64,000 nt of DNA from Candidatus Poribacteria bacterium (GTDB lineage: Bacteria; Poribacteria; WGA-4E; WGA-3G). The DNA lies in the NCBI GenBank assembly GCA_965205015.1, contig OZ242029.1, positions 2,400,001 to 2,464,000 on the forward strand, read 5' to 3'. Shown one piece after another: positions 48,260-57,642 of the stretch (the first letter of the stretch is position 1; every line of letters starts with the position of its first letter). Below the pieces are notes generated by a model, which saw nothing but the letters and a program-made list of their open reading frames with translations, had not been told where the DNA came from and made no database searches. A program made the position numbers and the translations under genes.

Positions 48260-49087
48260 ATGTATCAGTCGATCAAAGTCTCCGCAATTTCGTTAAAACC
48301 TACCAAGTGGGATAAAGCCTCCAACGCTGAAAAGCTGGAGGCTTTCTTCGTTGAAGCTGCCAAGGACGCGCCACAGTTAATTTTGGCGACGGAGGGTGTC
48401 CTGGAAGGCTATGTCGTGATGGATGTCATCGAAGGCAGCGCCACACCAGAGGCGATGCTCGACATCGCAGAACCGCTTGATGGGGCGTACATCCATCGAT
48501 TCCGTCGGTTGGCACGTCAACTCAAAACCTGTCTCTGTTTCGGTTTCGCTGAACTCCGTGGTTCTACTTCTGTTTACAATTCTGCCGTGTTTATTGATGC
48601 CAACGGAGACATCTGCGGCACCTATCACAAAACGCAGTTTGCCGAGGGGACGCATCCGTCGTGGAACTTCAATTGCATCGGTGAGACAATTCGCGCGTTT
48701 GATACGCCTTTCGGGCGTGCCGGTATCTTAATCTGCAATGACAGATGGAATCCGTTGATAGCGCGCACACTGGTTTTAGATGGCGCGCAGTTCCTCCTGA
48801 TTCCTTCGTATGGTTCAAAGGGCAAATCGCAGAATCGGACTGTGCTCGCCAGAGCGCGGGAAAACGGTGTACCGATCGTAGAGGCGAATGTCGGGATGAA
48901 CCTCATCATCAGCAAAGGTGAGATTGTGGCATATAAATGGGGGAACGACCAGATTAGTACAGCAGACATTGATATCCCGATTCTCCCATCAACCGAGGCG
49001 GCGCGCCGTTCAGAACAGGAATACTTACAGTCTCAAGGACCTGAGATGGAGAGCCGCTATCGGAAGACCATCGCCCGGCTGGAATAA
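48260..49087 (+). CDS. Carbon-nitrogen hydrolase (nitrilase superfamily)
   Basis: Catalytic E ('ATEG'), K ('YHKT') and C ('LICND'). Confidence 0.9.
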   Translation: MYQSIKVSAISLKPTKWDKASNAEKLEAFFVEAAKDAPQLILATEGVLEGYVVMDVIEGSATPEAMLDIAEPLDGAYIHRFRRLARQLKTCLCFGFAELRGSTSVYNSAVFIDANGDICGTYHKTQFAEGTHPSWNFNCIGETIRAFDTPFGRAGILICNDRWNPLIARTLVLDGAQFLLIPSYGSKGKSQNRTVLARARENGVPIVEANVGMNLIISKGEIVAYKWGNDQISTADIDIPILPSTEAARRSEQEYLQSQGPEMESRYRKTIARLE

Positions 49088-49310
49088 CGCGATTGCCTCC
49101 ATTGTAGGAGCGACCTCTCGGTCGCGACTTTCCACGTGAAACCCAATCTCACGCTATCCATTCGATTCAATCTGTGATCCTCGCGTCAAATTAACTGTTT
49201 TTCCAAACGCAACTTCTATAAACTTATTTTCAATAATTGTGTCCAATACTTTATGAGTGCCTAAAAAGACACAAATCTCTTCAGCTAACGCCCTGCGAAT
49301 TATTAAAAGA

Positions 49311-50210
49311 ATGCTTACACCGCAATTCCTGAAGCAACTTGAACCCTTCCATATCCGATCGAACCGCTCGTTCCGAGGTAAATTCAGAGGTGAACGCCGG
49401 AGTCCGAACCGGGGTGTAGGCATGGAATTCGCCGATTATCGGGTTTATGAACCTGGCGACGACCTACGGCATGTCGATTGGAACATCTACGCCCGTCTGG
49501 GGAAACTCTTTATCAAACTCTTCCACGCTGACGAGGGGCTCCCACTCGCACTCCTCATTGATAACAGTCGTTCTATGGCATTTGGCTCACCCACCAAGTT
49601 AGCGTGTGCCAAACAGATCGCCGCGGCGTTAGGCTATGTCGCTTTGGGACACGCCGATAGCGTTGCTGTCTATACCTGTGCCGAACGGCTCTCCGTGGCA
49701 CTACCCCCTGCATCGAGCACATCACAATTTTCACGTCTCACAAAGATTTTGACCGCAATTGCAGCAGATGGACAAACGCGGCTGACGGAATGTCTCAGGC
49801 AGTTGCCGATGTATCAACGACACCCGTGCGCGGTTGCCATCCTTTCCGATTTTTTGGATCCCAGTGGCTATGAACAGGGCTTCAAATTGCTCACAGGACG
49901 CGGCTTCTCACTCGCAGCTATCCACCTGATGAGTCCGGAGGAGGTGAACCCACAGGTATACTTGGAAAACACGCCTACTGGAGGGGACTGGTTGATAGAG
50001 GATGCCGAAACCGGTGAAACGAGAGCCGTCACAATGAATCCTGAAACGCTCTCACAATACCGGAACCAACAACAGGCGTTTTGTGAAACCTTGCAACGTT
50101 TCTGTACCGACCAAGGTGTTAGTTACGCGCAATTGAAAAGTGATGCGCCTATAGAGCCCTTTATTTTACAGGAATTACACAGCGCCGGTCTTATCCAGAG
50201 AAATCGTTAA
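49311..50210 (+). CDS. DUF58 domain protein
   Basis: 'G.G.EFADYR.Y.PGDDLR..DWN.YAR','D.S.SM','SDF'. Confidence 0.92.
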   Translation: MLTPQFLKQLEPFHIRSNRSFRGKFRGERRSPNRGVGMEFADYRVYEPGDDLRHVDWNIYARLGKLFIKLFHADEGLPLALLIDNSRSMAFGSPTKLACAKQIAAALGYVALGHADSVAVYTCAERLSVALPPASSTSQFSRLTKILTAIAADGQTRLTECLRQLPMYQRHPCAVAILSDFLDPSGYEQGFKLLTGRGFSLAAIHLMSPEEVNPQVYLENTPTGGDWLIEDAETGETRAVTMNPETLSQYRNQQQAFCETLQRFCTDQGVSYAQLKSDAPIEPFILQELHSAGLIQRNR

Positions 50211-50222
50211 AGGAGGAATGAA

Positions 50223-50759
50223 ATGAAAACGCAGATTGCACAAACCGATGTGGAACTCATCCAAGGGGATATAACCAAAGCCCCCGTTGATGCTATCGTG
50301 AACGCGGCGAACAGTGCCCTTATCGGTGGGGGTGGTGTAGACGGGGCAATACGTCGCGCCGGTGGCGATGCAATCGAGCAAGCGTGTGCCGAGATTCGCG
50401 CCCGTGAGGGGGGCTGTCCTACCGGCAAAGCGGTTATTACGACGGGCGGCAATCTTCACGCAAAATACGTGATTCACACTGTGGGACCCGTCTGGGAGGG
50501 TGGGAATTCCGGTGAGCCGGAACTGCTTGCGAGTTGTTATCAAGAGAGCCTCCGACTTGCTGTGGAAAACGGTGTTCAGAGCGTTGCTTTTCCTTCTATT
50601 AGTACCGGTATTTTTGGCTACCCGACAGAGAAGGCGGCACGTGTTGCGCTGACTGCCGTGAGACGTTTCGTGGAACAAAATAACACCGCACCGGCATCCA
50701 TTCAGTTTGTCCTGTTTGATGAGGCGACGTATACATGTTATACGAACGCACTTTTTTAA
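50223..50759 (+). CDS. Macro domain protein (O-acetyl-ADP-ribose deacetylase, YmdB-like)
   Basis: 'GDIT','IVNAAN..L.GGGGVDGAI','VIHTVGP','AFPSISTGIFGYP'. Confidence 0.95.
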   Translation: MKTQIAQTDVELIQGDITKAPVDAIVNAANSALIGGGGVDGAIRRAGGDAIEQACAEIRAREGGCPTGKAVITTGGNLHAKYVIHTVGPVWEGGNSGEPELLASCYQESLRLAVENGVQSVAFPSISTGIFGYPTEKAARVALTAVRRFVEQNNTAPASIQFVLFDEATYTCYTNALF

Positions 50760-50874
50760 CGATGAGTTTCTGGCTCCATAGAGGAACACAAGATCCCATG
50801 TAGGCGGGAACTCCGATTCCCGACGCTTCCGATGAAGCTCTCCGGCGGAGGGTTTCCATGTCTATAGACCCAAA

Positions 50875-52053
50875 TTGAACGACCGCAAATTTAGCCGAAT
50901 CTCACTTATCCTTCCCATCTATATTCCAGCGTTTCTGTTGGCAACAGGCGGAGGCATTGTTTCACCGACGCTTTCGATTTATGTTAAATCGTTTGAGTTA
51001 TCCTATACATTGACGACGGTTGTCCTTGCTGTCGGTGTGCTTGGAAATATTCCCGCTGGCATTTTAGTGGAAAGACTCGGTCGCAAGTTATCGATGTTGC
51101 TCGGTTTGGTCATGATAGGTCTGTCAACGCTGGGTATGGGAACGGCAGGGAATTTCTTCCAACTGATCGGTGCCCAGTTACTTGGGGGCATTGGACACGC
51201 TTTGTGGATGCTTGCGCGGCATGCGTATATGACGGATGTGATCCCGATAGCGAATCGCGGGAGAGCGATTGCCCTGTTCGGGGGCGTGAATCGGATGGGC
51301 ACCTTCGCGGGGCAGTTCTGCTCTATCTTTCTTGGGGTGAATCTCCGTCTTCCCTTCTTCATCTATGCTGGCATTGTGATGCTGAACCTTCTCCTCTGTT
51401 TCTTCTTCATTCCGGGAACGCGGCGCACTGCAACTGAAGTGGCAGAGAAGAAAATGCCTTACCTAAAACATCTCCTTGAGATCTCGCGCCAGCATGCGCG
51501 ACTCCTCGCCACGGCAGGGATGGGGCAGGTATGTGTGCAGACGTTACGCCGCGGGTGCAATATCATTATTCCACTCTATGCGGACGAGGTGGTCGGGCTA
51601 ACAACACAACAGGTTCGCTCCGTCGTCATGATCTCCTCAGCGGTAGATATGTCGATGTTCCCAATTGCGGGATATATGATGGATCGGTTCGGTCGGAGAT
51701 ATGCAACAGTGCCGGGGGTTTTCATTTTTGCCACGGGCATGGTGTTAATGCCGTTTACTGGGACATTTACGGGGTTACTGCTTGCCGCAATCTTCATGCG
51801 GATGGGGAACGGCATCGCTTCAGGGACGATGATGACGCTCGGCGCAGACTTGGCACCCCGCGACGGAACCGGAGAGTTCTTAGGTTTATGGCGACTCACG
51901 GGAGATTTCGGCGGTTCAGCGGGACCCGTTATTGTCGGTAATCTTGCCGATCTGTTCGGGTTGAGCTATTCCGGTTTCGCATTGGGAGGTATCGGTTATC
52001 TCGCGGTGACCATTTTCCTGCGGTGGGTCCCGGAAACGTTGCAAAGAGAGTGA
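50875..52053 (+). CDS. MFS transporter
   Basis: About 12 TM segments; motif A 'G...ERLGRK' and 'DRFGRR'. Confidence 0.9.
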   Translation: MNDRKFSRISLILPIYIPAFLLATGGGIVSPTLSIYVKSFELSYTLTTVVLAVGVLGNIPAGILVERLGRKLSMLLGLVMIGLSTLGMGTAGNFFQLIGAQLLGGIGHALWMLARHAYMTDVIPIANRGRAIALFGGVNRMGTFAGQFCSIFLGVNLRLPFFIYAGIVMLNLLLCFFFIPGTRRTATEVAEKKMPYLKHLLEISRQHARLLATAGMGQVCVQTLRRGCNIIIPLYADEVVGLTTQQVRSVVMISSAVDMSMFPIAGYMMDRFGRRYATVPGVFIFATGMVLMPFTGTFTGLLLAAIFMRMGNGIASGTMMTLGADLAPRDGTGEFLGLWRLTGDFGGSAGPVIVGNLADLFGLSYSGFALGGIGYLAVTIFLRWVPETLQRE

Positions 52054-52100
52054 ATCAGAAAGGCGCGCTTTCCAAGCGCGCCTAAACCGTCTTTCGTGAA

Positions 52101-52186
52101 TGCCGGGAAAGGGACTCGAACCCTTACGCGCATAATGCACACTAGACCCTGAACCTAGCCTGTCTACCAAATTTCAGCATCCCGGC
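52101..52186 (-). tRNA. tRNA-Leu (CAG)
   Basis: Minus strand GCCGGGATGCTGAAATTTGGTAGACAGG-CTAGG-TTCAGGG-TCTAG-long variable arm-AAGGGTTCGAGTCCCTTTCCCGGCA; CCA not encoded. Confidence 0.95.
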
Positions 52187-52196
52187 ACGCAATTAT

Positions 52197-52225
52197 AGTA
52201 TACCCGAATTTCCATCCTTTGTCAA
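52197..52225 (-). promoter_or_regulatory. Sigma70 promoter of tRNA-Leu
   Basis: TTGACA-17nt-TATACT directly upstream of the tRNA. Confidence 0.8.
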
Positions 52226-52296
52226 ATTATATTCCCGGAAACAGGACAACAGGAAATCGGATTAAACTTGTAATATACTTGATCAGTCTAACGTAA

Positions 52297-52415
52297 TTAT
52301 AGTAAAGTTTAGAATTAATTAGACACTTTAAAGAGGCGAGGATACAATCCTCGCCAGCGGCGGAGAGGATTGTTTCGCTAAGCAACTGTCTACATATTTT
52401 TCGACTTTACTATAA
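52297..52415. mobile_element. 119-bp MITE-like element, copy 2
   Basis: Identical by eye to 35907-36025, with different flanks. Confidence 0.8.
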
Positions 52416-52492
52416 CAAACCGGTTACATTTCAGTTAGTAGCAGTGATTTGGGATCGTGATTCTCTGAACAGCAAAAAAGGAGCGCAAATTC

Positions 52493-53242
52493 ATGAGAAT
52501 AGGAATATTTCTTTGCACAATACTCGCCCTAAGTCTCGTCGTCGGTTATAGTCAAGCCGAGATTGATCCTGATAGGATTGTCGGTATCTGGTTAATGGAC
52601 GAAGGTAAAGGCGATGTCGCTGAAGACGCATCCGAAAATGGACGTAAAGGCACGATTACGCGAGGGGAATGGGCAAAAGGCAAGGTCGATGGTGCTCTTG
52701 AAATCAAAAAAGGTGGGACGGTTACTATCCCCCTCGGTAAAGGTATTATCGAAGATAAAGTGACCTTCACCCTATGGATAAACTTTACCGACATCGGCGG
52801 TCAACAGAACTACTTCTCGATATGGGATCAGAGCAACAACCGCTATGTTCCTTACAAAAACGGTGGCAACCTCCTCCGCAGTTGGACGAATAATTGGGAT
52901 GTCGCCAGTGGTGTGACCGTCAAAGATGGAACTTGGTATCATGTCGCCAACGTCTACGACGGGGATAACTGTACAATCTATATCAACGGCGAAGAGAAAG
53001 TCTCACAAAAGGTCCCGAAGTTCCAACTCCAAGATCAGGATCAAACGGCGTGGCTCGCAACTGACAGAGGCACAGGTTTCCTCTCCGCCACCATTATGGA
53101 CGAGGTCGGTCTCTTCAACGATGGACTCACCGAAGATGAAGTTCAGGGTATTATGAACGACGGTATCTCATTCACGGTTTTTGCTGTGGAGCCGTCAGGT
53201 AAACTCCCTGTGCTGTGGGGAAAACTGAAGTCGCGTTTTTAA
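52493..53242 (+). CDS. Exported LamG-like protein with TWG-type tag
   Basis: 'W.MDEG.G....D.S.NG','WYHVA.VYDG','DEVGLFN..L'; ends FAVEPSGKLPVLWGKLKSRF. Confidence 0.88.
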   Translation: MRIGIFLCTILALSLVVGYSQAEIDPDRIVGIWLMDEGKGDVAEDASENGRKGTITRGEWAKGKVDGALEIKKGGTVTIPLGKGIIEDKVTFTLWINFTDIGGQQNYFSIWDQSNNRYVPYKNGGNLLRSWTNNWDVASGVTVKDGTWYHVANVYDGDNCTIYINGEEKVSQKVPKFQLQDQDQTAWLATDRGTGFLSATIMDEVGLFNDGLTEDEVQGIMNDGISFTVFAVEPSGKLPVLWGKLKSRF

Positions 53243-53313
53243 TTCTCCCTTGCGGATAAGTATTGGCTGCTTGTATCTGCGTGTTTTTGCTGTTCAAGCA
53301 GCCATAGTTAAAA
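53236..53313 (-). repeat. Interspersed repeat family B (reverse, partial)
   Basis: The reverse complement contains agcaaaaacacgcag and ends ccgcaagggagaattaaaaa. Confidence 0.55.
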
Positions 53314-53318
53314 GGCCT

Positions 53319-53810
53319 ATGATATATTTCGCATACGGGTCCAACATGAACCTCTCTCACATGCAACAGCGGTGCCCGGGTGTCACGCCCATAGAAAAAT
53401 TCCAACTTGAGGGGTTTCGCCTCGTTTTCAAATACCACGCCGATATTCTTCCGACAGAGGGATCTATAGTCCACGGCGGACTCTGGGAGATTACAGAGGC
53501 TCACGAAGAGGCACTTGATACCTATGAAGGGTATCCCGACTATTACGGAAAGTATTACCAAGACGGTGTCATGTTTTACAGGATGCGGGAGGGATATGAG
53601 AAGGATTTTGAAGCCCCTTCAAAATGGTACCTAAAAACTATTATTCAGGGTTACCGTGATTTTGGGTTGACGCAGGAAGAATTTGAAGAGAGCCTCGGTG
53701 CCCAACAGCTTGGGTTAACACAAAAGGACCTCGAAGAGAGTCTTGGTGTGTCAATAAATGAACTCGCCCGTCTATTTTCCCGCGTCGCCACCACTCCTGT
53801 CTACCAGTAA
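53319..53810 (+). CDS. Gamma-glutamylcyclotransferase family protein
   Basis: 'YFAYGSNM','RCP','V.G.LWEI','LD.YEGYP..Y'. Confidence 0.88.
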   Translation: MIYFAYGSNMNLSHMQQRCPGVTPIEKFQLEGFRLVFKYHADILPTEGSIVHGGLWEITEAHEEALDTYEGYPDYYGKYYQDGVMFYRMREGYEKDFEAPSKWYLKTIIQGYRDFGLTQEEFEESLGAQQLGLTQKDLEESLGVSINELARLFSRVATTPVYQ

Positions 53811-53820
53811 ACCCCGTATT

Positions 53821-55551
53821 TCAAATCACCCGTTTCACGTACACGTAATACGCCCCGATTGCCAACTCACCCGTTTCGTCGGCGAACTCGGTATGCATGC
53901 GTGTTTGACCAGCGGTGAGATGGAACGTAAACGTTACACCCTTCGCACCTGGTGGAATCACTTTTGTTGCAGCCTTATCCCCGATACGGATTTTCGCTGC
54001 TGTTAATCCCAGAGCCTTGCCGCCGTTATAAAGATCGATGTGTTCCCCCGGAATACCATCCGTTATTGCCCTATCCTCGGCGAGGGGCCACCGACGCAAC
54101 TCGAAACTGTACTCCCCATCTTCGGGGACCTCAATTGCCCAGTAACCGTTGCATTCTAAACCTCGACGAATCATCCCCTGATTCCAAGCGTGCGCTTCTC
54201 CGTGCCAATCGTGGGTCGTGATGCACGTAACGGGTTCATTTTGCGTCCCGATAACGATCGGACAGTCCTCATCAAACCGTTCCGAAACCAGTTTCCACCA
54301 CGCTTCATAATGCTCGCGGAGTTCCGAGACGACTTCCGGATGGTCGTCAGCGATATCGTGTTGTTGTCCGGGATCGGCTTGTATATCGTAAAGTTCGGTT
54401 CCATTGATGAGCCGCCACTGTTGCGACATCGTCGCGCTGTCTTTCCACTTAATCGGGTTTTCAACCCGTTGCGAGTCAGTGACGATAACCCGTTCCTCCC
54501 ACGCTTCCGTTTCGTTTCTCAACAACGGGACGATACTGGTGCCATGGAAGTATGCGTTTGAGGAGACCTCAAGATCGCACAGATCTATCAACGTTGGGAG
54601 TAGGTCGATGTTTGCGGTGAGTTCGTGTACCTCGTGCTTTTCAGTGAAACCGCCGTCGGGCCAATGCATAAACAGTGGCACACGGTGGCCGCCTTCATAC
54701 GGCGACCCTTTTTTACCGCGCATTCCGGCGTTGTAGCCCGCCCTGACAAACTGCTGTGCATCCAGATCGCACCCCATTGCGGACCCGTTATCGGTCATGA
54801 AGATGAGGATGGTGTTTTCCTCAAGTCCCAAGACTCGGAGATGGTGCCGCAGTCGTGCCATGTTGTCGTCGATATTGGTAATCATTCCCCAGAAATTCGC
54901 ACGCTCGCCTTCCACGCCTTTTCGTCGGTAAACCTCACTGTAGGCATTGGGAACGCGGAATGGACCGTGCGGTGCGTTGGTAGAGAGGTAACAAAAGAAC
55001 GGACGGTTCTGACCGCCTTCCGCTTGTCTCTCGATGAATGCCATCGCCTCTTGGAACCAGACATCTGTGCAGTAACCGTCAAAGGGTTGTTCGGAACCGT
55101 TGCGGAAATAGGTGTCGTCGAAATAGTCATTGCCCCAATAGTCCGGCGTTTGACTGATACCGCCACCACCGTGGTAGAGGGCTTCGTCAAAACCTCTGTC
55201 GTGTGGACGGAACGGGTAATTGTCGCCGAGATGCCATTTCCCGAACATACCCGTTTTGTAACCATTGCGTCGGAAGATATCTGCCATCGTGACTTCGTCG
55301 CTGCGCAGGAGTGAGCGTCCACCGATGGTATGCCATACCCCCGTGGAGTTGCAATAATGCCCCGTCATAATTCCTGCGCGTGTCGGTGAACAGGTGGGAC
55401 CGACGTGCAGGTTCTGCAATTGCACACTTTCTCCAGCAAGTGCGTCCAGATTCGGCGTGTTGATAACGGGGTTTCCGGTGCACCCCAAATCGCCGTAACC
55501 TTGGTCATCCGTAATAACAAAAACGAGGTTCGGTGTCGTCTGTTCTGCCAC
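53821..55551 (-). CDS. Arylsulfatase (formylglycine-dependent)
   Basis: 'PN....TDDQGYGD','CSPTRAG.MTG','GKWHLG','TDNG'. Confidence 0.95.
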   Translation of the reverse strand: MAEQTTPNLVFVITDDQGYGDLGCTGNPVINTPNLDALAGESVQLQNLHVGPTCSPTRAGIMTGHYCNSTGVWHTIGGRSLLRSDEVTMADIFRRNGYKTGMFGKWHLGDNYPFRPHDRGFDEALYHGGGGISQTPDYWGNDYFDDTYFRNGSEQPFDGYCTDVWFQEAMAFIERQAEGGQNRPFFCYLSTNAPHGPFRVPNAYSEVYRRKGVEGERANFWGMITNIDDNMARLRHHLRVLGLEENTILIFMTDNGSAMGCDLDAQQFVRAGYNAGMRGKKGSPYEGGHRVPLFMHWPDGGFTEKHEVHELTANIDLLPTLIDLCDLEVSSNAYFHGTSIVPLLRNETEAWEERVIVTDSQRVENPIKWKDSATMSQQWRLINGTELYDIQADPGQQHDIADDHPEVVSELREHYEAWWKLVSERFDEDCPIVIGTQNEPVTCITTHDWHGEAHAWNQGMIRRGLECNGYWAIEVPEDGEYSFELRRWPLAEDRAITDGIPGEHIDLYNGGKALGLTAAKIRIGDKAATKVIPPGAKGVTFTFHLTAGQTRMHTEFADETGELAIGAYYVYVKRVI

Positions 55552-55657
55552 GATAAAATCTCCTATAGCGCCTCAAAAGACACGCCTATTAGTTGTCTGG
55601 CGGCGTGTCTACGAGGTATGCAACGTCAAGGGTGCTGTAAGCCGTACATAAAAATAT

Positions 55658-56845
55658 TTATGCTAACGCCTTTTTGATTCGATCCAATCCGCGATGAATC
55701 TCCTCCGACGAGGTCGCGAAGGAGAGGCGTAAATGATTGTCTGCGCCGAAACCGTCTCCCGGCACAACGCCGACACCTGCTGAATTGAGCAGATAATCGG
55801 TGATGTCCATTGAGTTTTCGATCTTCTGTCCGCCGAGGGTTCTGCCGTAGTGACCAGAGAAATCGGGGAAGATGTAGAACGCGCCCTGCGGTCTGGCATA
55901 ACTGATCCCATCAATCTCGTCAAAACGTTGACAGATTACGTCTCGGCGTTCCTCGAATGCTTTTCGCATCTCTTCGACAGCGTCTTGGGGGTCATTGAGT
56001 GCAACGAGGGCGGCTTTCTGGGCAATGGATGTCGGATTTGAAGTGCTGTGGGATTGGATACGCGACATCGCCGATACGGCGTCTTCGGGACCCGCGGTGT
56101 ATCCAATCCGCCATCCCGTCATTGAGTAGGCTTTGGATACCCCGTTGACAACGAAGGTAATCGCTTTCGTCTCCTCGTTGAACGCAGCCGGACTCTGATG
56201 TGTTGCCCCGTCGTAGAGCAGTGCTTCATAGATTTCATCGGAGATGAGATAGATTTGGTGCTTCACAGCGAGGTCGGCGATTGCCTTGAGCGTATCCACA
56301 TTGTATGTCGTGCCGGTCGGGTTGCTCGGACTGTTAACGAGAATCGCCTTCGTTTTTGGCGTGATGGCTGCTTCGACCTGATCGGGTGCCATGCAGAAAT
56401 TTTGCTTCGGAGTCGTCTCGATGACGCGCGGCACTGCCCCCGCAAGTTTGACCTGCTCTGGGTAGCTGACCCAGTAGGGTGCGGCGAAGATGACCTCGTC
56501 GCCTGGATCACAGATGGCTTGGAAAATGTTATAGATGGTGTGTTTGGCACCGCATGAGACGATAACTTCGGAAGGTTTGTAGCTGAGTCCGTTGTCTCGT
56601 TTGAATTTCTCTGTGATCGCCTCCCGAAGTTCGGGGGTGCCGGGAACAGGGGTGTATTTCGTGAACCCCGCATTGAGTGCGGCGATTGCGGCATCTTTGA
56701 TATAATCGGGTGTGTCAAAATCGGGTTCACCTGCCCCGAATTTGACGACATCTACGCCATCAGCGATCAACGCGTTGATTTTCGCGGTGATCGCCAAAGT
56801 GGACGAAGGTGTTACGTTTTGACTCCGTTCTGATAATGAGATCAT
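55658..56845 (-). CDS. aspC: Class I/II PLP-dependent aminotransferase (aspartate aminotransferase-like)
   Basis: 'GAGEPDF','NSPSNPTG','SDEIY','SKAYSMTGWRIGY'. Confidence 0.88.
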   Translation of the reverse strand: MISLSERSQNVTPSSTLAITAKINALIADGVDVVKFGAGEPDFDTPDYIKDAAIAALNAGFTKYTPVPGTPELREAITEKFKRDNGLSYKPSEVIVSCGAKHTIYNIFQAICDPGDEVIFAAPYWVSYPEQVKLAGAVPRVIETTPKQNFCMAPDQVEAAITPKTKAILVNSPSNPTGTTYNVDTLKAIADLAVKHQIYLISDEIYEALLYDGATHQSPAAFNEETKAITFVVNGVSKAYSMTGWRIGYTAGPEDAVSAMSRIQSHSTSNPTSIAQKAALVALNDPQDAVEEMRKAFEERRDVICQRFDEIDGISYARPQGAFYIFPDFSGHYGRTLGGQKIENSMDITDYLLNSAGVGVVPGDGFGADNHLRLSFATSSEEIHRGLDRIKKALA

Positions 56846-56966
56846 TCGCTCTCCTTATTTTTAGATGTAACTGGAATTGGGCAAGTTTAAGTCTTATCTC
56901 TATCTTCCAAAAATTCTTATTGCACTTGAAAATTGTCTATGTGTCCAGAATTGAACTTTCTCATTC

Positions 56967-57407
56967 TTATGCAATTATAGTTAAAGCAGCCATTGAAGGG
57001 TATTCACCAAGTGCAGCCAATTCAGCACGCTCAATTAATCGGTCGACATGATTGAAATTGAGAATACGGGCAGTCACCTCACCAATGGGTGTAAGAGCAA
57101 CTATCTTAATGCTATCTAATCTAAAGTGGTCCTTCCACTGGTCAACGCGAGGATTGAAGAAACGGCAAAACCGCTGTGTCTCCCATACAATAGATCCAAT
57201 ATCGCTGCCTTTGTTGCGATTACAGTATGAACACGCATAGGCAAGATTACTTTCTTGAGTGGTCCCTCCATGTTTCTCGCTGATAATGTGATCTACCTGA
57301 CAACCAAAGTAGGTATCCTCTTCGTTAATCAGGCAGTATTCACATAGACTTTTGGCGCGGGTCCTAACCAACTGTCTTAAGGCAACAGAGACATAAGTCT
57401 TACTCAT
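56967..57407 (-). CDS. HNH endonuclease
   Basis: 'RA...CEYC','VDHII..KHGG.T..SNLA.AC..CN..K','FNPR...W..HF'. Confidence 0.9.
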   Translation of the reverse strand: MSKTYVSVALRQLVRTRAKSLCEYCLINEEDTYFGCQVDHIISEKHGGTTQESNLAYACSYCNRNKGSDIGSIVWETQRFCRFFNPRVDQWKDHFRLDSIKIVALTPIGEVTARILNFNHVDRLIERAELAALGEYPSMAALTIIA

Positions 57408-57642
57408 TTTTTAAATAATATCGAGCGCGAGATTTAGCGAGACGCATCAGGTGTTCAAGTTGCAAACAGTGATTAAGTTCTACCGTTTCTTCAGAGGTTA
57501 GTCCGGTTGTCTTCTCTCGATGGATAAGATCTGCAATACGCTCCTTTGCATCTTCGGATGGACAAAAGTCTATTAAATTTTGAGGGGTCGTCCCTGCTGC
57601 AATAAAATCAATGATTTCTTGATATGCTGGTGATATGTACAT
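57400..57642 (-). CDS. Small hypothetical protein coupled to the HNH gene (possible antitoxin)
   Basis: GGAG upstream; 'RI..LI.REK...LT.EE..EL....LEH.MRLAK.RA'; overlaps the HNH start. Confidence 0.7.
   Translation of the reverse strand: MYISPAYQEIIDFIAAGTTPQNLIDFCPSEDAKERIADLIHREKTTGLTSEETVELNHCLQLEHLMRLAKSRARYYLKNE

Noticed and set aside
49311-50210. DUF58 forming an operon with the MoxR ATPase at 63110
   Set aside because: They are 13 kb apart with unrelated genes between; any link cannot be shown from this window
52101-52415. Integrative element at tRNA-Leu
   Set aside because: No integrase and no duplicated tRNA 3' end seen; the MITE lies upstream of the tRNA promoter
53250-53318. N-terminal extension of the gamma-glutamylcyclotransferase ORF
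   Set aside because: The sequence belongs to repeat family B; the family motif starts at the ATG at 53319
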